Shown in pieces: positions 32,726 to 42,802 of a DNA stretch of 64,000 nucleotides. The notes under the pieces were generated by a model. That model ran no database searches. It was not told where the DNA came from and saw only the letters and a program-made list of their open reading frames with translations. The stretch covers positions 1,856 to 65,855 of the forward strand of contig JAUYDX010000088.1 of NCBI GenBank assembly GCA_030691625.1. Reading direction: 5' to 3'. Numbering within the stretch: the stretch's first letter is position 1; each line of letters begins with the position of its first letter. Source of the stretch: Candidatus Omnitrophota bacterium (GTDB taxonomy: Bacteria; Omnitrophota; Gorgyraeia; Gorgyraeales; Gorgyraeaceae). The position numbers were made by a program, and so were the translations under genes.

Positions 32726-34021
32726 ATGAGAAAAATATTCGTGCTTGATACAAACGTGATTATCCATAACGCGGATGCGATAAATGTGTTCGCGGATAAC
32801 GAAGTGGTCCTGCCCATTGATGTCATAGAGGAGCTGGACATATTCAAAAAAGACAGCGATGAAAAAGGCCGCAACGCCCGCGCGGCAATCAGGATGCTGG
32901 ATGATCTAAGGGAGCGCGGAAAACTGGGCGAAGGCGTGCCTCTGGAAAATGGCGGGGTATTAAGGATTATCATGCATCACCCTGATACAAAGGGGCTTTT
33001 AAACATCGCTCCGAACGAGCGCGACAACAGGATCTTAATGGTAGCGTATGACCTCCAGCAAAAAGGCAATAAGGTAGTATTTGTCTCCAAGGACATAAAC
33101 GCCAGGGTCAAGGCAGATGCCCTGGGCATAAAGGCAGTGGATTTTGAAAAGCAAAAGGTGGATATAGAAACCCTTTACAGCGGCTGGAAAGAGATAATGG
33201 TAAGCTCAAGGGAAGTGGACACTTTTTATGAAAGGAAATTTTTCAATGTAAAAGAAAACGGCATGTTCCCCAATCAGTATGTCCTTTTGAAAGACAGCGC
33301 TTCAGATAAGCACACCGCGCTCGGAAGGTTTGATGTAAAGCAAAAAGGCGTTGTGCCTTTAAAATCAGACCAGGGGGATGTGTGGGGCATAAAGCCGAGG
33401 AACAAAGAGCAGGCAATAGCCCTGGACCTGCTTCTGGACGATAACATAAAGCTTGTCACGCTCGTAGGCGTCGCAGGCACAGGAAAAACGCTTCTCGCTC
33501 TCGCGGCAGGATTAAAAAAGACAGTGGACGAACACGCGTATAAAAGGATACTTGTTTCAAGGCCTGTAATCCCGATGGGAAAAGACATAGGATATCTTCC
33601 GGGCACAAAAGAGGAGAAGCTGGTAAACTGGATGCAGCCTATCTTTGACAATCTGGAATATATCCTTACCATCAGAAAACGAAAAGAGCACGTGGATGAC
33701 CTTATAGAGAGCGATCTTCTTCAGCTAGAGGCGCTTACCTATATGAGAGGAAGAAGTATCCCGAACCAATTCATAATAATAGACGAGGCGCAGAATCTTA
33801 CCCCTCATGAAATAAAAACAGTTGTGAGCCGCGCCGGCAACAATACGAAAATGGTGCTCACAGGAGACCCTTACCAGATAGACAGCCCATACCTTGATTC
33901 ATCCTCCAACGGCCTCAGCTACGCAGTAGAGCGCATGAAAGGCCAGGAAATGTTCGGCCACGTCACCCTTACCAAGAACGAACGCTCAGGCCTCGCGTCC
34001 GTCGCAGCAGAACTTTTATAA
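32726..34021 (+). CDS. PIN-PhoH (PhoH2/YlaK-like) protein
   Basis: 'FVLDTNV', 'SKDINARVKA', 'GVAGTGKT', 'DEAQN'. Confidence 0.93.
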   Translation: MRKIFVLDTNVIIHNADAINVFADNEVVLPIDVIEELDIFKKDSDEKGRNARAAIRMLDDLRERGKLGEGVPLENGGVLRIIMHHPDTKGLLNIAPNERDNRILMVAYDLQQKGNKVVFVSKDINARVKADALGIKAVDFEKQKVDIETLYSGWKEIMVSSREVDTFYERKFFNVKENGMFPNQYVLLKDSASDKHTALGRFDVKQKGVVPLKSDQGDVWGIKPRNKEQAIALDLLLDDNIKLVTLVGVAGTGKTLLALAAGLKKTVDEHAYKRILVSRPVIPMGKDIGYLPGTKEEKLVNWMQPIFDNLEYILTIRKRKEHVDDLIESDLLQLEALTYMRGRSIPNQFIIIDEAQNLTPHEIKTVVSRAGNNTKMVLTGDPYQIDSPYLDSSSNGLSYAVERMKGQEMFGHVTLTKNERSGLASVAAELL

Positions 34022-34062
34022 ATGGTGCCAGGCACCGTGCCTGGCACGGTGCCTGGCACCAT
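34022..34062. repeat. Family D palindrome, three units (D5)
   Basis: ATGGTGCCAGGCACCGTGCC-T-GGCACGGTGCCTGGCACCAT directly after stop. Confidence 0.92.
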
Positions 34063-34124
34063 CTGCACTTGTTTTTTTCTATTTCTGTGGCATACTTATG
34101 AGTAGAGACAACTGAATAGCATTA

Positions 34125-34209
34125 CGACAAAGGCAAACCATTCGAAAGAATGGGGCGCAAAGTCAACAGGCCTAAAGCCCTGAAGGGCAACGGCGGCTGG
34201 ATTACCGAA
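34125..34209 (+). ncRNA. c-di-GMP-I (GEMM-I) riboswitch upstream of rlpA-like gene
   Basis: GGCAAACC-ATTC-GAAA-GAAT-GG-GGCGCAAAG...GGCCTAA...ACGGCGGCTGGATTACCG. Confidence 0.9.
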
Positions 34210-34212
34210 ATT

Positions 34213-34253
34213 AAAAACCTATTCTGCCATGAGGCCGGATAGGTTTTTTATTT
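34213..34253 (+). terminator. Riboswitch expression-platform terminator
   Basis: AAAAACCTATTC...GGATAGGTTTTTT between aptamer and gene. Confidence 0.8.
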
Positions 34254-34265
34254 GGGAGTCTCAAG

Positions 34266-34649
34266 ATGAAAAAGGCCGCAGTCATATTGATAATTCTAAT
34301 GGCTGTGGTTTTTTCTTTAAATAATGCAAAGGGGGTCGCGACTTCCTCTGCCACCATTATTAAAGGTAAGGCATCCTGGTATTCCCAGAATGACCCCGGA
34401 ATCCTCCTCACTACAGCCAATATGGAGAGATTTGACGATTCCCAGTTTACCTGCGCCATATGGGACTTGCCATTCAACACTATATTAAAGGTAACAAACC
34501 TTGAGAACGGCAAATCTGTCATTGTCCGGGTTAATGACAGGGGCCCGGCAAAGAGGTTAAACCGCGCAATAGACCTCACCAAAACCGCGTTTTCCCAAAT
34601 ATGCGACCCTGAAAAAGGCCTCGCAGATGTTTCTGTGGAAACAATGTAA
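34266..34649 (+). CDS. RlpA-like DPBB lytic transglycosylase
   Basis: 'GKASWY', 'VIVRVNDRGP', 'IDLTKTAF'. Confidence 0.9.
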   Translation: MKKAAVILIILMAVVFSLNNAKGVATSSATIIKGKASWYSQNDPGILLTTANMERFDDSQFTCAIWDLPFNTILKVTNLENGKSVIVRVNDRGPAKRLNRAIDLTKTAFSQICDPEKGLADVSVETM

Positions 34650-34776
34650 AACTCGCCTATTATACCTAAGTACAATTGATTTCATTTTGACATTCCTCTA
34701 TAGTATAAGCAGGTTTTAGAATGAGGAGAAAGGAGGCAATATGAAAGCGGAGGAAAAGGGGTTCAAAAAATTTTTA

Positions 34777-34805
34777 TTGACAAATCAATTAAGGTAATTT
34801 ATAAT
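34777..34805 (+). promoter_or_regulatory. Consensus sigma70 promoter
   Basis: TTGACA-17-TATAAT. Confidence 0.85.
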
Positions 34806-34835
34806 ACTTATTAACAAACTTTTAAAAGGAGGTGC

Positions 34836-37409
34836 GTGATGCACAAGAAATTCTTGTTTTTGACTATCACAGCTATTGTATTTTGCTCATTTGTATTGGT
34901 GGGACTGGGATTCTGCTACCAGGTTCCCGGAGAACAGAGTAACGTTAAATACCTTTATACATTCGGAAAAGACGGCCAAAAAACATACGGCGCAATGAAA
35001 ACCGGGCCTCTGGTAATATTCGTCAGAGTTCCCAGTACCTATAATGGCAACATCCAGATAGGTATTTATGATCCTGATACAGGCGGCGCAATAGATGAAA
35101 AAGACGGCCAGTGGGATACAATCACAAAGTTTTCTATTTTAGGCGGAAAGAAAACGTATACTTCACTCCTGGAAGCGGACGAGAGTCATGTGCTTATTGA
35201 TAAAGAAAGCGACACGAATCCTGTGGATCCTTACCATGGAGATCTATTAGCTGAAAAGACATTCGGCAATGATGAGCAGTATGACAAAAAGATTTATAGC
35301 TTTGACCCTATTGACGCTTCAAAGGGCGAAGAAGCAGGCGGCTACAGGTATTTTAAAATAGTGATAGAAGGGCTTTCAGGCAACGATAACAATCTTTTTT
35401 CATTAGATATCTCTCCTGATACGTTAGAGGCCTTTAGCTTCGCGCCTAGGATAAGATTAGCGGAAACACGCGGCGCGAAAATGGCTTTTTATCCAGAAAT
35501 ACCTTCTGACTCAAGTAGAATTTATGAATATAACTATGACTTGGATCCTACAGGCGGAACCATAGACCTCATAAGCGCTTCCAGGGATTTCAGGATAAAA
35601 GGTTCTGCGACAGGCATGTGGGAAAGCACAGAAATTAAAGTCCCCAGCCAGGACGCAGGCAAAAGATGGGTTTATGAAATAACAAAAGACAGGCAGAAAC
35701 AGGGTAATATGGCATTTAGTTTATTGACAGACAAGGGCAGGTCAATACCTATATACTTTACTCCCGGCGCCGAAGGCCCTAAGCTGGTATTTGTTGAAAA
35801 ACCAAAAGAAACGCCTGCGCCAACCGGACAGCCTCTTTCGTGCAATACCTTCACATTTGACGGCTCGAAATCCTATGCGGCTGATAATAGCAAGCTGGCG
35901 TATTTCTGGGATTTCGGCGACGGAACTACAAGCACGGATATGAGAATAATGCATACCTATAAAGATGCGGGCAAATACCTTGTTAAATTGACAGTAAAAG
36001 ACGCTTCAGACGCGGAATGCAACACCGCAGACACACAGCAGATGGTAAAGGTAAACCAGCCGCCATGCGCTATCGCGGACGGCCCTGATCTGTCATGTTT
36101 GAACGAAGAGATCACATTTGACGGTTCGCAGACAACAGACAGCCCGGATGACAAGCTTACTTACAGATGGGATTTCGGGGACGGCCAGACAGCTGACGGT
36201 ATAAAGGTGAAGCATAAATACGCAAGAGGCGGGAATTATCAGGCTACGCTGACGGTAACGGATGATTCCGGTACCATATGCGACACCAGCGTTGATAAAA
36301 TAAAGGTAGGTATTAATACGCCTCCTACGGCAGACGCGGGCAAGGACACATTTATATGCAGTGTGAACCCGAGCCAGCCTCTGGATGTGGCGTTTGACGC
36401 TGCCGGTTCAAAGGATCAGGACGGAGACAAGCTTACTTATACATGGGATTTCGGCGATGGCCAGACAGGCGAAGGAAGGACCGTAAAACACACCTACGCT
36501 AAAGGCGGAGAGTATATAGCGAAGCTTATAGTGAGCGACAATACAGACACAGAATGCGACAAGGCAGTATCTACTAAGACAGTGGTGCTGAACAGAGCCC
36601 CCATAGCGAACGCGGGCAACGATCTTCAGATATGCACGGGCGATACAGCCAGTTTTGACGCGTCCGGTTCAACAGATAACGACGGAGACAGACTTAGCTA
36701 TGCCTGGGATTTTGGGGACGGTGAAAAAGCTGAAGGCAAGACTGTTTCCCATAAATATACAAAAGGCGGGGTTTATCAGGTTAAACTTATCGTGGACGAT
36801 GGCGCAAAAACAGACTGCTCGAGCGCGTCTGATAAACTGCTCGTTAACGTGAACACAGCCCCGAGCGCGATAATCGCTTCCAAGGATACCGCTTCTGTGG
36901 GCCAGACTGTGAATTTTGACAGCGCCAACTCAAATGATCTGGACGGCGACAAGCTCGGCTACACATGGGATTTTGGCGATGGCACCAGCGCGAGCGGAAG
37001 CGCGGCAAAGCACAGCTATTCAAAAGGCGGGCTTTATAAGGTAACGCTCGTTGTAGACGACCAGAAGAGGACAGACTGCTCGTCAGCCATCAATTCCCAG
37101 TACGTGAAGGTCAATACGCCTCCTGCGGCAGTCACGGGCCCGAATCTGATAGCCTGCGTAGGTGACGAAATTGAATTTGACGGGTCTAAGTCTACTGACC
37201 TGGATGGAGATAAACTGACATACAGGTGGGATTTTGGAGACGGGGAAACAGCGGAAGGCTTGAAAGTAAAGCACGCTTATAAAAAGCTTGGAACTTACAA
37301 GGTGAGCCTGATGGTTACAGATGACTCCGGCGTTGAAGGTAATTCATCAACATCCAGTCTTATGGCAACTATACATGATCAGCCTGTTTCGAAAATAGAG
37401 GTCATGTAA
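34836..37409 (+). CDS. Secreted protein with six tandem PKD domains
   Basis: Signal peptide; six 'FD(G/A/S)...WDFGDG...H.Y...G.Y...L.V.D' units. Confidence 0.9.
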   Translation: MMHKKFLFLTITAIVFCSFVLVGLGFCYQVPGEQSNVKYLYTFGKDGQKTYGAMKTGPLVIFVRVPSTYNGNIQIGIYDPDTGGAIDEKDGQWDTITKFSILGGKKTYTSLLEADESHVLIDKESDTNPVDPYHGDLLAEKTFGNDEQYDKKIYSFDPIDASKGEEAGGYRYFKIVIEGLSGNDNNLFSLDISPDTLEAFSFAPRIRLAETRGAKMAFYPEIPSDSSRIYEYNYDLDPTGGTIDLISASRDFRIKGSATGMWESTEIKVPSQDAGKRWVYEITKDRQKQGNMAFSLLTDKGRSIPIYFTPGAEGPKLVFVEKPKETPAPTGQPLSCNTFTFDGSKSYAADNSKLAYFWDFGDGTTSTDMRIMHTYKDAGKYLVKLTVKDASDAECNTADTQQMVKVNQPPCAIADGPDLSCLNEEITFDGSQTTDSPDDKLTYRWDFGDGQTADGIKVKHKYARGGNYQATLTVTDDSGTICDTSVDKIKVGINTPPTADAGKDTFICSVNPSQPLDVAFDAAGSKDQDGDKLTYTWDFGDGQTGEGRTVKHTYAKGGEYIAKLIVSDNTDTECDKAVSTKTVVLNRAPIANAGNDLQICTGDTASFDASGSTDNDGDRLSYAWDFGDGEKAEGKTVSHKYTKGGVYQVKLIVDDGAKTDCSSASDKLLVNVNTAPSAIIASKDTASVGQTVNFDSANSNDLDGDKLGYTWDFGDGTSASGSAAKHSYSKGGLYKVTLVVDDQKRTDCSSAINSQYVKVNTPPAAVTGPNLIACVGDEIEFDGSKSTDLDGDKLTYRWDFGDGETAEGLKVKHAYKKLGTYKVSLMVTDDSGVEGNSSTSSLMATIHDQPVSKIEVM

Positions 37410-37499
37410 TTTGTAAGCAGAGTTTCTTGGGAGAGAGGCCCCGCTCAGAGCATTAAAAAAATGTTTTGTCCGGGGCCTTTTTTATGGTATATTAATTAT

Positions 37500-39623
37500 A
37501 TGAGAAAGATACTTTTAGCTTTTATATTTTTATCGCTTTTCATTTTCTCCTCACAGCCATGTTCTGCGGAGCCCAGGAAGCTTACTATTATTTTCACCGG
37601 CGATACAAGGGGCGAGCTGGAGAATTGTCATTGCCCAAAGAACGACTTCGGCGGTTTCCAGAGAAGGTTTAATTACATCGACGATGCAAGAAAGGATGCG
37701 GATGAAATTCTTCTTCTTGACGTGGGCGATGTCCTGCCTTTATTAAACTCCAGTTTTACCAGAAAAAATATAACATATGCCGCGTTTATATCGTTTAAAT
37801 CAATGCAGTATATTGGTTATGACGCCATGAACGCTGGCGAAAGCGATCTTGTGCTCGGAGAGGCGTTTCTGAAGAATAAGTCTAAAAATCTGGAATTCCC
37901 GATAATTTCCTCTAATATTGTTTCTAAATCCGGGTACCTGCCTTTTTTCAAGCCATACGCAATAAAGACAATGAATAACGGGCTAAAGGTGGGCATAATA
38001 GGCGTGACAAATGAGCGCTACGTGATAAATTCCGAAAGGCTTGAGGTGGCGGCCAACAGAGAGGCTGTTAAGAAATATGTCAATCAGATAAGGGACCAGG
38101 TTGACGTTGTAATAGCGCTGGGCCATATAGGCCTGCCTTATTCTATTGAGCTGGCGGAAAAGGTAGAAGGCATAGACGTGATACTCAGCGGCCACTGGGA
38201 CAGCGAAACGCAGGAGCCCCAGAGAGTGGGAAAGACCATAGTCATGCCGACAGTATCCTATTCCAGGAGCGTAGGCAGGCTGGACATGGAGATAGAAGGC
38301 GAAGGCGTAATTTCTTCTTATGAGTGGCAGTCTGTACAGCTGGACGCAAAATATGACGGAGACGATCTTATAAAGAGACTTGTATCCAAAATGCCGTCTG
38401 AAAATAACATGGAATCGCGGGGATCTGCCGGCGCGGAGAGAAAATCCGCGGTAGAGAAGCCCAGGCCTGTTTTAATCGACACTGCTTCCAGACCGGAGCC
38501 TGACAGGCCTTTGAGGGTGTTTGTATTTTACGCCGCAGGGTGCAGGTCCTGCGCGGTAATCAAAAGGGATGTGCTTCCAGGGATTGAGGAAAAATACGGC
38601 AATAAGATTTCTATTGAAAGATACGACATAGGGATTTCCAGGAATTACGCGCAAATGGTGAGGCTGGAAAAACTTTACGGCGCAGAAGGCGGTTATGTGC
38701 CTGAGGTGATAGTTTCAAAATACGTGCTAATGGGCGAGGAGAAGATACGCTCCAGCCTTGATAAAACCATAGAAAAGGCGCTTTTGGAGCCGCGCCGGGA
38801 AGAAACAGCTAAGCTCACCGAGTTGGACGCTGCTGGATATCAGGTACCTGACGCCCAGTCGCTTATACTCTCGAGGTTTGAGTCATTCAGCGCCTTTACC
38901 GTAGGAGCAGCCGGGTTTTTAGACGGCATAAACCCATGCGCTTTTACAACAATAGCGTTTTTCATATCGTTCCTGGCATTTGCGGGTTACAGGAAACGCG
39001 AGATGATCATGGCAGGGAGTTTTTTTACCCTGGCTGTTTTTCTGGCGTATTTTCTTATAGGCCTCGGGATCTTCAGGTTTTTAAGGTCAATAAGCGCTTT
39101 CAGCTATCTTACTCTCGCGATAAATATTTTAATAGGCGGCCTTGCTTTTACGCTGGGCATATTGAGCCTCGTAGATTATTTTAGATTCAGAAAAACGCGC
39201 GATGTAAAAACAAGCATACTCCAGCTTCCCAAGTCAATAAAAAACAGGATACATTCCGTGATAGGCGGGGATTTCAGAAAGGGCGGGAAAGTGAAAAGAG
39301 GAGCTCTTTTGAAAATAGCATGGATTGCTTTTACCTCCGGCTTTATGGTGTCTATACTTGAATCAATATGCACCGGCCAGGTATATCTGCCTACAATAGC
39401 TTACGTGCTCAGGATGCCGGCTAAGCACACGCCTGCCCTGTCATATCTCGTGCTTTACAATCTGGCCTTTATAACCCCGCTTGTGATAGTGTTTATCCTC
39501 GGCCTTTTCGGAGCTACTTCAGGCGCCTTTGCAAAATTCATGCAGAAGCACTTCGGATTCGTAAAACTTTCCACAGCGACCCTGTTTTTCATCCTTGCCG
39601 CAACCCTGGTCCTCGTCAGATAA
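37500..39623 (+). CDS. Fusion: UshA-like metallophosphoesterase + thioredoxin-like + CcdA/DsbD-like TM domain
   Basis: 'FTGDTRGELENCHC', 'LDVGD', 'ILSGH'; 'CRSC'; 'DGINPCAF', 'ESICTGQVY'. Confidence 0.7.
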   Translation: MRKILLAFIFLSLFIFSSQPCSAEPRKLTIIFTGDTRGELENCHCPKNDFGGFQRRFNYIDDARKDADEILLLDVGDVLPLLNSSFTRKNITYAAFISFKSMQYIGYDAMNAGESDLVLGEAFLKNKSKNLEFPIISSNIVSKSGYLPFFKPYAIKTMNNGLKVGIIGVTNERYVINSERLEVAANREAVKKYVNQIRDQVDVVIALGHIGLPYSIELAEKVEGIDVILSGHWDSETQEPQRVGKTIVMPTVSYSRSVGRLDMEIEGEGVISSYEWQSVQLDAKYDGDDLIKRLVSKMPSENNMESRGSAGAERKSAVEKPRPVLIDTASRPEPDRPLRVFVFYAAGCRSCAVIKRDVLPGIEEKYGNKISIERYDIGISRNYAQMVRLEKLYGAEGGYVPEVIVSKYVLMGEEKIRSSLDKTIEKALLEPRREETAKLTELDAAGYQVPDAQSLILSRFESFSAFTVGAAGFLDGINPCAFTTIAFFISFLAFAGYRKREMIMAGSFFTLAVFLAYFLIGLGIFRFLRSISAFSYLTLAINILIGGLAFTLGILSLVDYFRFRKTRDVKTSILQLPKSIKNRIHSVIGGDFRKGGKVKRGALLKIAWIAFTSGFMVSILESICTGQVYLPTIAYVLRMPAKHTPALSYLVLYNLAFITPLVIVFILGLFGATSGAFAKFMQKHFGFVKLSTATLFFILAATLVLVR

Positions 39624-39638
39624 TTTCCGATAATTCCC

Positions 39639-39683
39639 AAACAACTTTACACTTGTGACAATGTTTGTAGTGTCAAGTTGTTT
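39639..39683. repeat. Family A palindrome (A10)
   Basis: IR with core GTGACAATGTTTG. Confidence 0.9.
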
Positions 39684-39730
39684 TGAAAAATGTATTTGAC
39701 TGGGCTAATTTTTTAGAATAAACTAACTTT

Positions 39731-40519
39731 ATGGCTTATTTAAGAGGAATGCTTTTAGTTGCGGCGCTTTTATTTTTTGGCGCGGGCTGCGCCACGCATG
39801 AGTACAATACCGCCACAGGCAAGGAAGATATCATCTTTGTAGATACGCAGAAGGAAGTTAATATAGGGAAAAGCATCGCAGAAGGCATTGAAAAAAATAA
39901 AGACATAAAACTGGATCCTGACCCGCTCATGACAGAAAGGGTAAATGAGGTGGGCCAGAAAATAGCCTCTGTCAGCGGCAGAAAAGAAGTGCTGTACTCG
40001 TTCAGGGTTATAGACGAGGATGAAGTGAATGCGTTCGCGCTTCCCGGAGGGTATGTTTTTGTATTTAAAGGCCTGGTGGATAAAGTTGATTCGGACGACG
40101 AACTCGCAGCTGTTATCGCGCACGAAATCGCCCACGTGGTTGCCAGGCATTCAATAAAAAGGCTTCAGGGAAGCGTGGGATATGATATACTTAGGATACT
40201 GATGGCTATCACAGGCGCGGGAAGCAGGGATGCGGGACGCATTGATTCCGCGTTTACCCAGCTTATCATGTCATATTCCAGGGAAGACGAGGCCCTGGCT
40301 GACAAGATGGCGATTAAATATCTGAAGGGAGCAGGCTATGACCCATGGGCTATAGTGAGCCTGCTTAAAAAGCTTCAGGAGGCGGATAAGGTAGCTCCTA
40401 TAAGGCCTTACAGCAGCTATCGTTCGCATCCCTATGTGGCGGACAGGATCAGGATGGTCAAGAAGGAACTTGCGGGCGAAGTGGATTTTAGCGATTATAT
40501 GAATAAGGGCTTGGAATAG
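39731..40519 (+). CDS. M48 family metallopeptidase lipoprotein
   Basis: Lipobox GAGC, 'NAFALPGG', 'HEIAH', 'SHP'. Confidence 0.92.
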   Translation: MAYLRGMLLVAALLFFGAGCATHEYNTATGKEDIIFVDTQKEVNIGKSIAEGIEKNKDIKLDPDPLMTERVNEVGQKIASVSGRKEVLYSFRVIDEDEVNAFALPGGYVFVFKGLVDKVDSDDELAAVIAHEIAHVVARHSIKRLQGSVGYDILRILMAITGAGSRDAGRIDSAFTQLIMSYSREDEALADKMAIKYLKGAGYDPWAIVSLLKKLQEADKVAPIRPYSSYRSHPYVADRIRMVKKELAGEVDFSDYMNKGLE

Positions 40520-40531
40520 GCATCTCTGCGT

Positions 40532-40576
40532 CAACAACTTGACACTTAAGACAATGTCACAAGTGTCAAGTTGTTT
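40532..40576. repeat. Family A palindrome (A11)
   Basis: IR with core AAGACAATGTCAC. Confidence 0.93.
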
Positions 40577-40608
40577 GGAGCGTGAAGGGGATAATTAAAG
40601 GAGGCGGC

Positions 40609-41250
40609 ATGTTAAAGAGAGATGATTTTACAACGCAGGACCCGTGGCGGATATTCAGGATAATGGGGGAATTTGTGGAGGGTTTCGAGGAGCTTTCCAA
40701 GATAGGGCCTGCGATTACTGTATTTGGTTCAGCCAGGACAAGGCCCGGCGATAAATACTACAAGTTAGCCGAAGAGATCACGTTTTTACTGGCGAACGAG
40801 GGCTACGCGATAATCACTGGAGCAGGGCCTGGCATCATGGAGGCTGCTAATAAAGGCGCGAAAAAAGGCGGAGCCGCCTCAATAGGACTCAATATACAGG
40901 TACCTGTGGTCCAGAAGCCCAATAAGTTTATAACAAAACTCCTGGATTTCAGGTATTTTTTCTGCAGAAAGGTAATGTTCCTGAAATACGCGAAGGCGTC
41001 TATAATATTCCCCGGCGGATACGGTACTATGGATGAATTTTTCGAGACAATAACGCTTATCCAGACAGAGAGGATAGAAAAATTCCCGGTGATTCTGGTG
41101 GGCAGGGAGTACTGGAAAGGGCTCATGGACTGGGTTAAAAAAGCAATGCTCAATGCCGGCCGCATATCAAAAGAGGACCTGGACATATTCTGCATAATAG
41201 ATAAGCCCGAGGAAGCTGTAGAGGCAATCAAAGATTTCTATTCCAGGTAA
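40609..41250 (+). CDS. LOG family nucleotide phosphoribohydrolase
   Basis: 'VFGSAR', 'TGAGPGIMEA', 'PGGYGTMDE'. Confidence 0.92.
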   Translation: MLKRDDFTTQDPWRIFRIMGEFVEGFEELSKIGPAITVFGSARTRPGDKYYKLAEEITFLLANEGYAIITGAGPGIMEAANKGAKKGGAASIGLNIQVPVVQKPNKFITKLLDFRYFFCRKVMFLKYAKASIIFPGGYGTMDEFFETITLIQTERIEKFPVILVGREYWKGLMDWVKKAMLNAGRISKEDLDIFCIIDKPEEAVEAIKDFYSR

Positions 41251-41302
41251 AGTTGACAAACTGTCATTGACAGAAGCGCAAACTTTGGTATATAATCCGT
41301 TT

Positions 41303-42280
41303 ATGGCTCACAGGTTTATCAGCGATCTGAAAGAGGGAGAGGCAATAGATTCTGTTTATCTTGTAAAAGAAAAGTCGTTTGATATCACGAAAAACGGGAA
41401 TCCCTATATATCGCTTGAGCTGTCCGACAGGACGGGAATGGTGGATTGCAGGAAATGGGACGCCCTAAAATCGCTGTTTGACTCTTTTGGCGTTGACGAT
41501 TTTGTAAGGATAAAAGGCAGGGTAGAGTTTTACAGGAATTATCCGCAGTTAAAGCTGGACTTCATAGAAAAGGCGGAAGAAAAATCCCTCGATATCTCGC
41601 ATTACATACCGGTTTCAGATAAAGACAGGGGCGAGATGTTCGCCTCTTTCTTATCAAAGCTGAAATCAATTGAAAATCCTTTTCTCAAGACGCTGCTAGG
41701 CAATATATTCTCGGACAAGGAAATGGCCGAAAAATTCAAAACAGCTCCCGCTGCCACTGATTTTCATCACCCGTACATAGGAGGGCTTCTGGAGCATACC
41801 CTGGGATGCGTTGAACTGGCAGGCCTGGTCGCTTCCAGATACAGAGACATCAATACAGACCTGCTTTTATGCGGGACAGCGCTTCACGACATAGGCAAGA
41901 CAGAAGAGCTTGCGTATAAAAGGAGTTTTTATTATACTGATAAGGGGAGGCTCATAGGCCACATTGTGCTGGGGGCCAATATCGTAAGTTCCGCGATAGA
42001 TAGCATAAAAGGTTTTCCCGAGGATTTAAAAAACCTGGTCCTGCATATAATCCTGAGCCATCACGGCGAGCACGAATGGGGTTCGCCTAAAAGGCCGATG
42101 TGTTTCGAGGCGATAATACTTCATCACATAGACAACCTGGACGCCAAGATCAACGGGTTCAGGCATTTTGTAAACACGTACAATGACCCTGATTCCAGCT
42201 GGACAAAGCACAGCAAGATGTTCGGGGAATTTTTGTATAAAAAATCGGAGGTGAGGCATGAAGAAAAAGAAATCCGGTAA
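41303..42280 (+). CDS. OB-fold + HD 3'-5' exoribonuclease, YhaM-like
   Basis: 'HHPYIGGLLEH', 'LHDIGK', 'ILSHHG', 'DNLDAK'. Confidence 0.88.
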   Translation: MAHRFISDLKEGEAIDSVYLVKEKSFDITKNGNPYISLELSDRTGMVDCRKWDALKSLFDSFGVDDFVRIKGRVEFYRNYPQLKLDFIEKAEEKSLDISHYIPVSDKDRGEMFASFLSKLKSIENPFLKTLLGNIFSDKEMAEKFKTAPAATDFHHPYIGGLLEHTLGCVELAGLVASRYRDINTDLLLCGTALHDIGKTEELAYKRSFYYTDKGRLIGHIVLGANIVSSAIDSIKGFPEDLKNLVLHIILSHHGEHEWGSPKRPMCFEAIILHHIDNLDAKINGFRHFVNTYNDPDSSWTKHSKMFGEFLYKKSEVRHEEKEIR

Positions 42281-42671
42281 GTCGGTTAAAAAGCCTGTCA
42301 GGAAGGCAAAGAAAAAACCTGCTTGTAAAAAACCTGCCGGCGCGGCAAAGAAGAAAAAAGCGTTAAAGACAAAGAAACAGCCGGTTAAAAAGGCTTCATC
42401 TGTGTCTATTGACGCATCGCTGGAAGAGGTGGGCGTGGTTACCCATTATTTTCCGAAAGTGGACGCCGCTGTAGTAAAACTTACAAAGGCAGGGCTCTCT
42501 GTAGGGGATAAGATCGTCATAAAGGGGCATACCTCGGATTTCAAGGAAAACGTGGAATCCATACAGCTTGATCATGCGCCTATACAGAACGCTGAAAAGG
42601 ACATGGAGATAGGCCTGAAGGTAAAGGCAAAGGTCAGGGAACACGACGTGGTTTATAAGAGATTAAAGTAA
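42258..42671 (+). CDS. Lys-rich N-terminus + EF-Tu domain II-like beta-barrel protein
   Basis: K/A/P-rich tail, then 'VGVVTHYF...GDKIVIKG...IGLKV...VREHD'. Confidence 0.7.
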   Translation: MKKKKSGKSVKKPVRKAKKKPACKKPAGAAKKKKALKTKKQPVKKASSVSIDASLEEVGVVTHYFPKVDAAVVKLTKAGLSVGDKIVIKGHTSDFKENVESIQLDHAPIQNAEKDMEIGLKVKAKVREHDVVYKRLK

Positions 42672-42715
42672 TATCCGGTCTTGCTTTTATTGAAAAGTGT
42701 GATATACTTTCAGAT

Positions 42716-42800
42716 GAAGCCGATAAAGCTAAGAAAGTTGCCTGAAATAAGGCTATGCCGGGTCGCGCAAGGCGATCAATCTTTATCGGCTTCTTTTTTT
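42716..42800 (+). ncRNA. Putative structured leader or small RNA of unknown class
   Basis: Follows TTGCTT-16-TATACT; 13-bp perfect closing stem, two internal hairpins, T7 tail. Confidence 0.5.
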
Positions 42801-42802
42801 AT

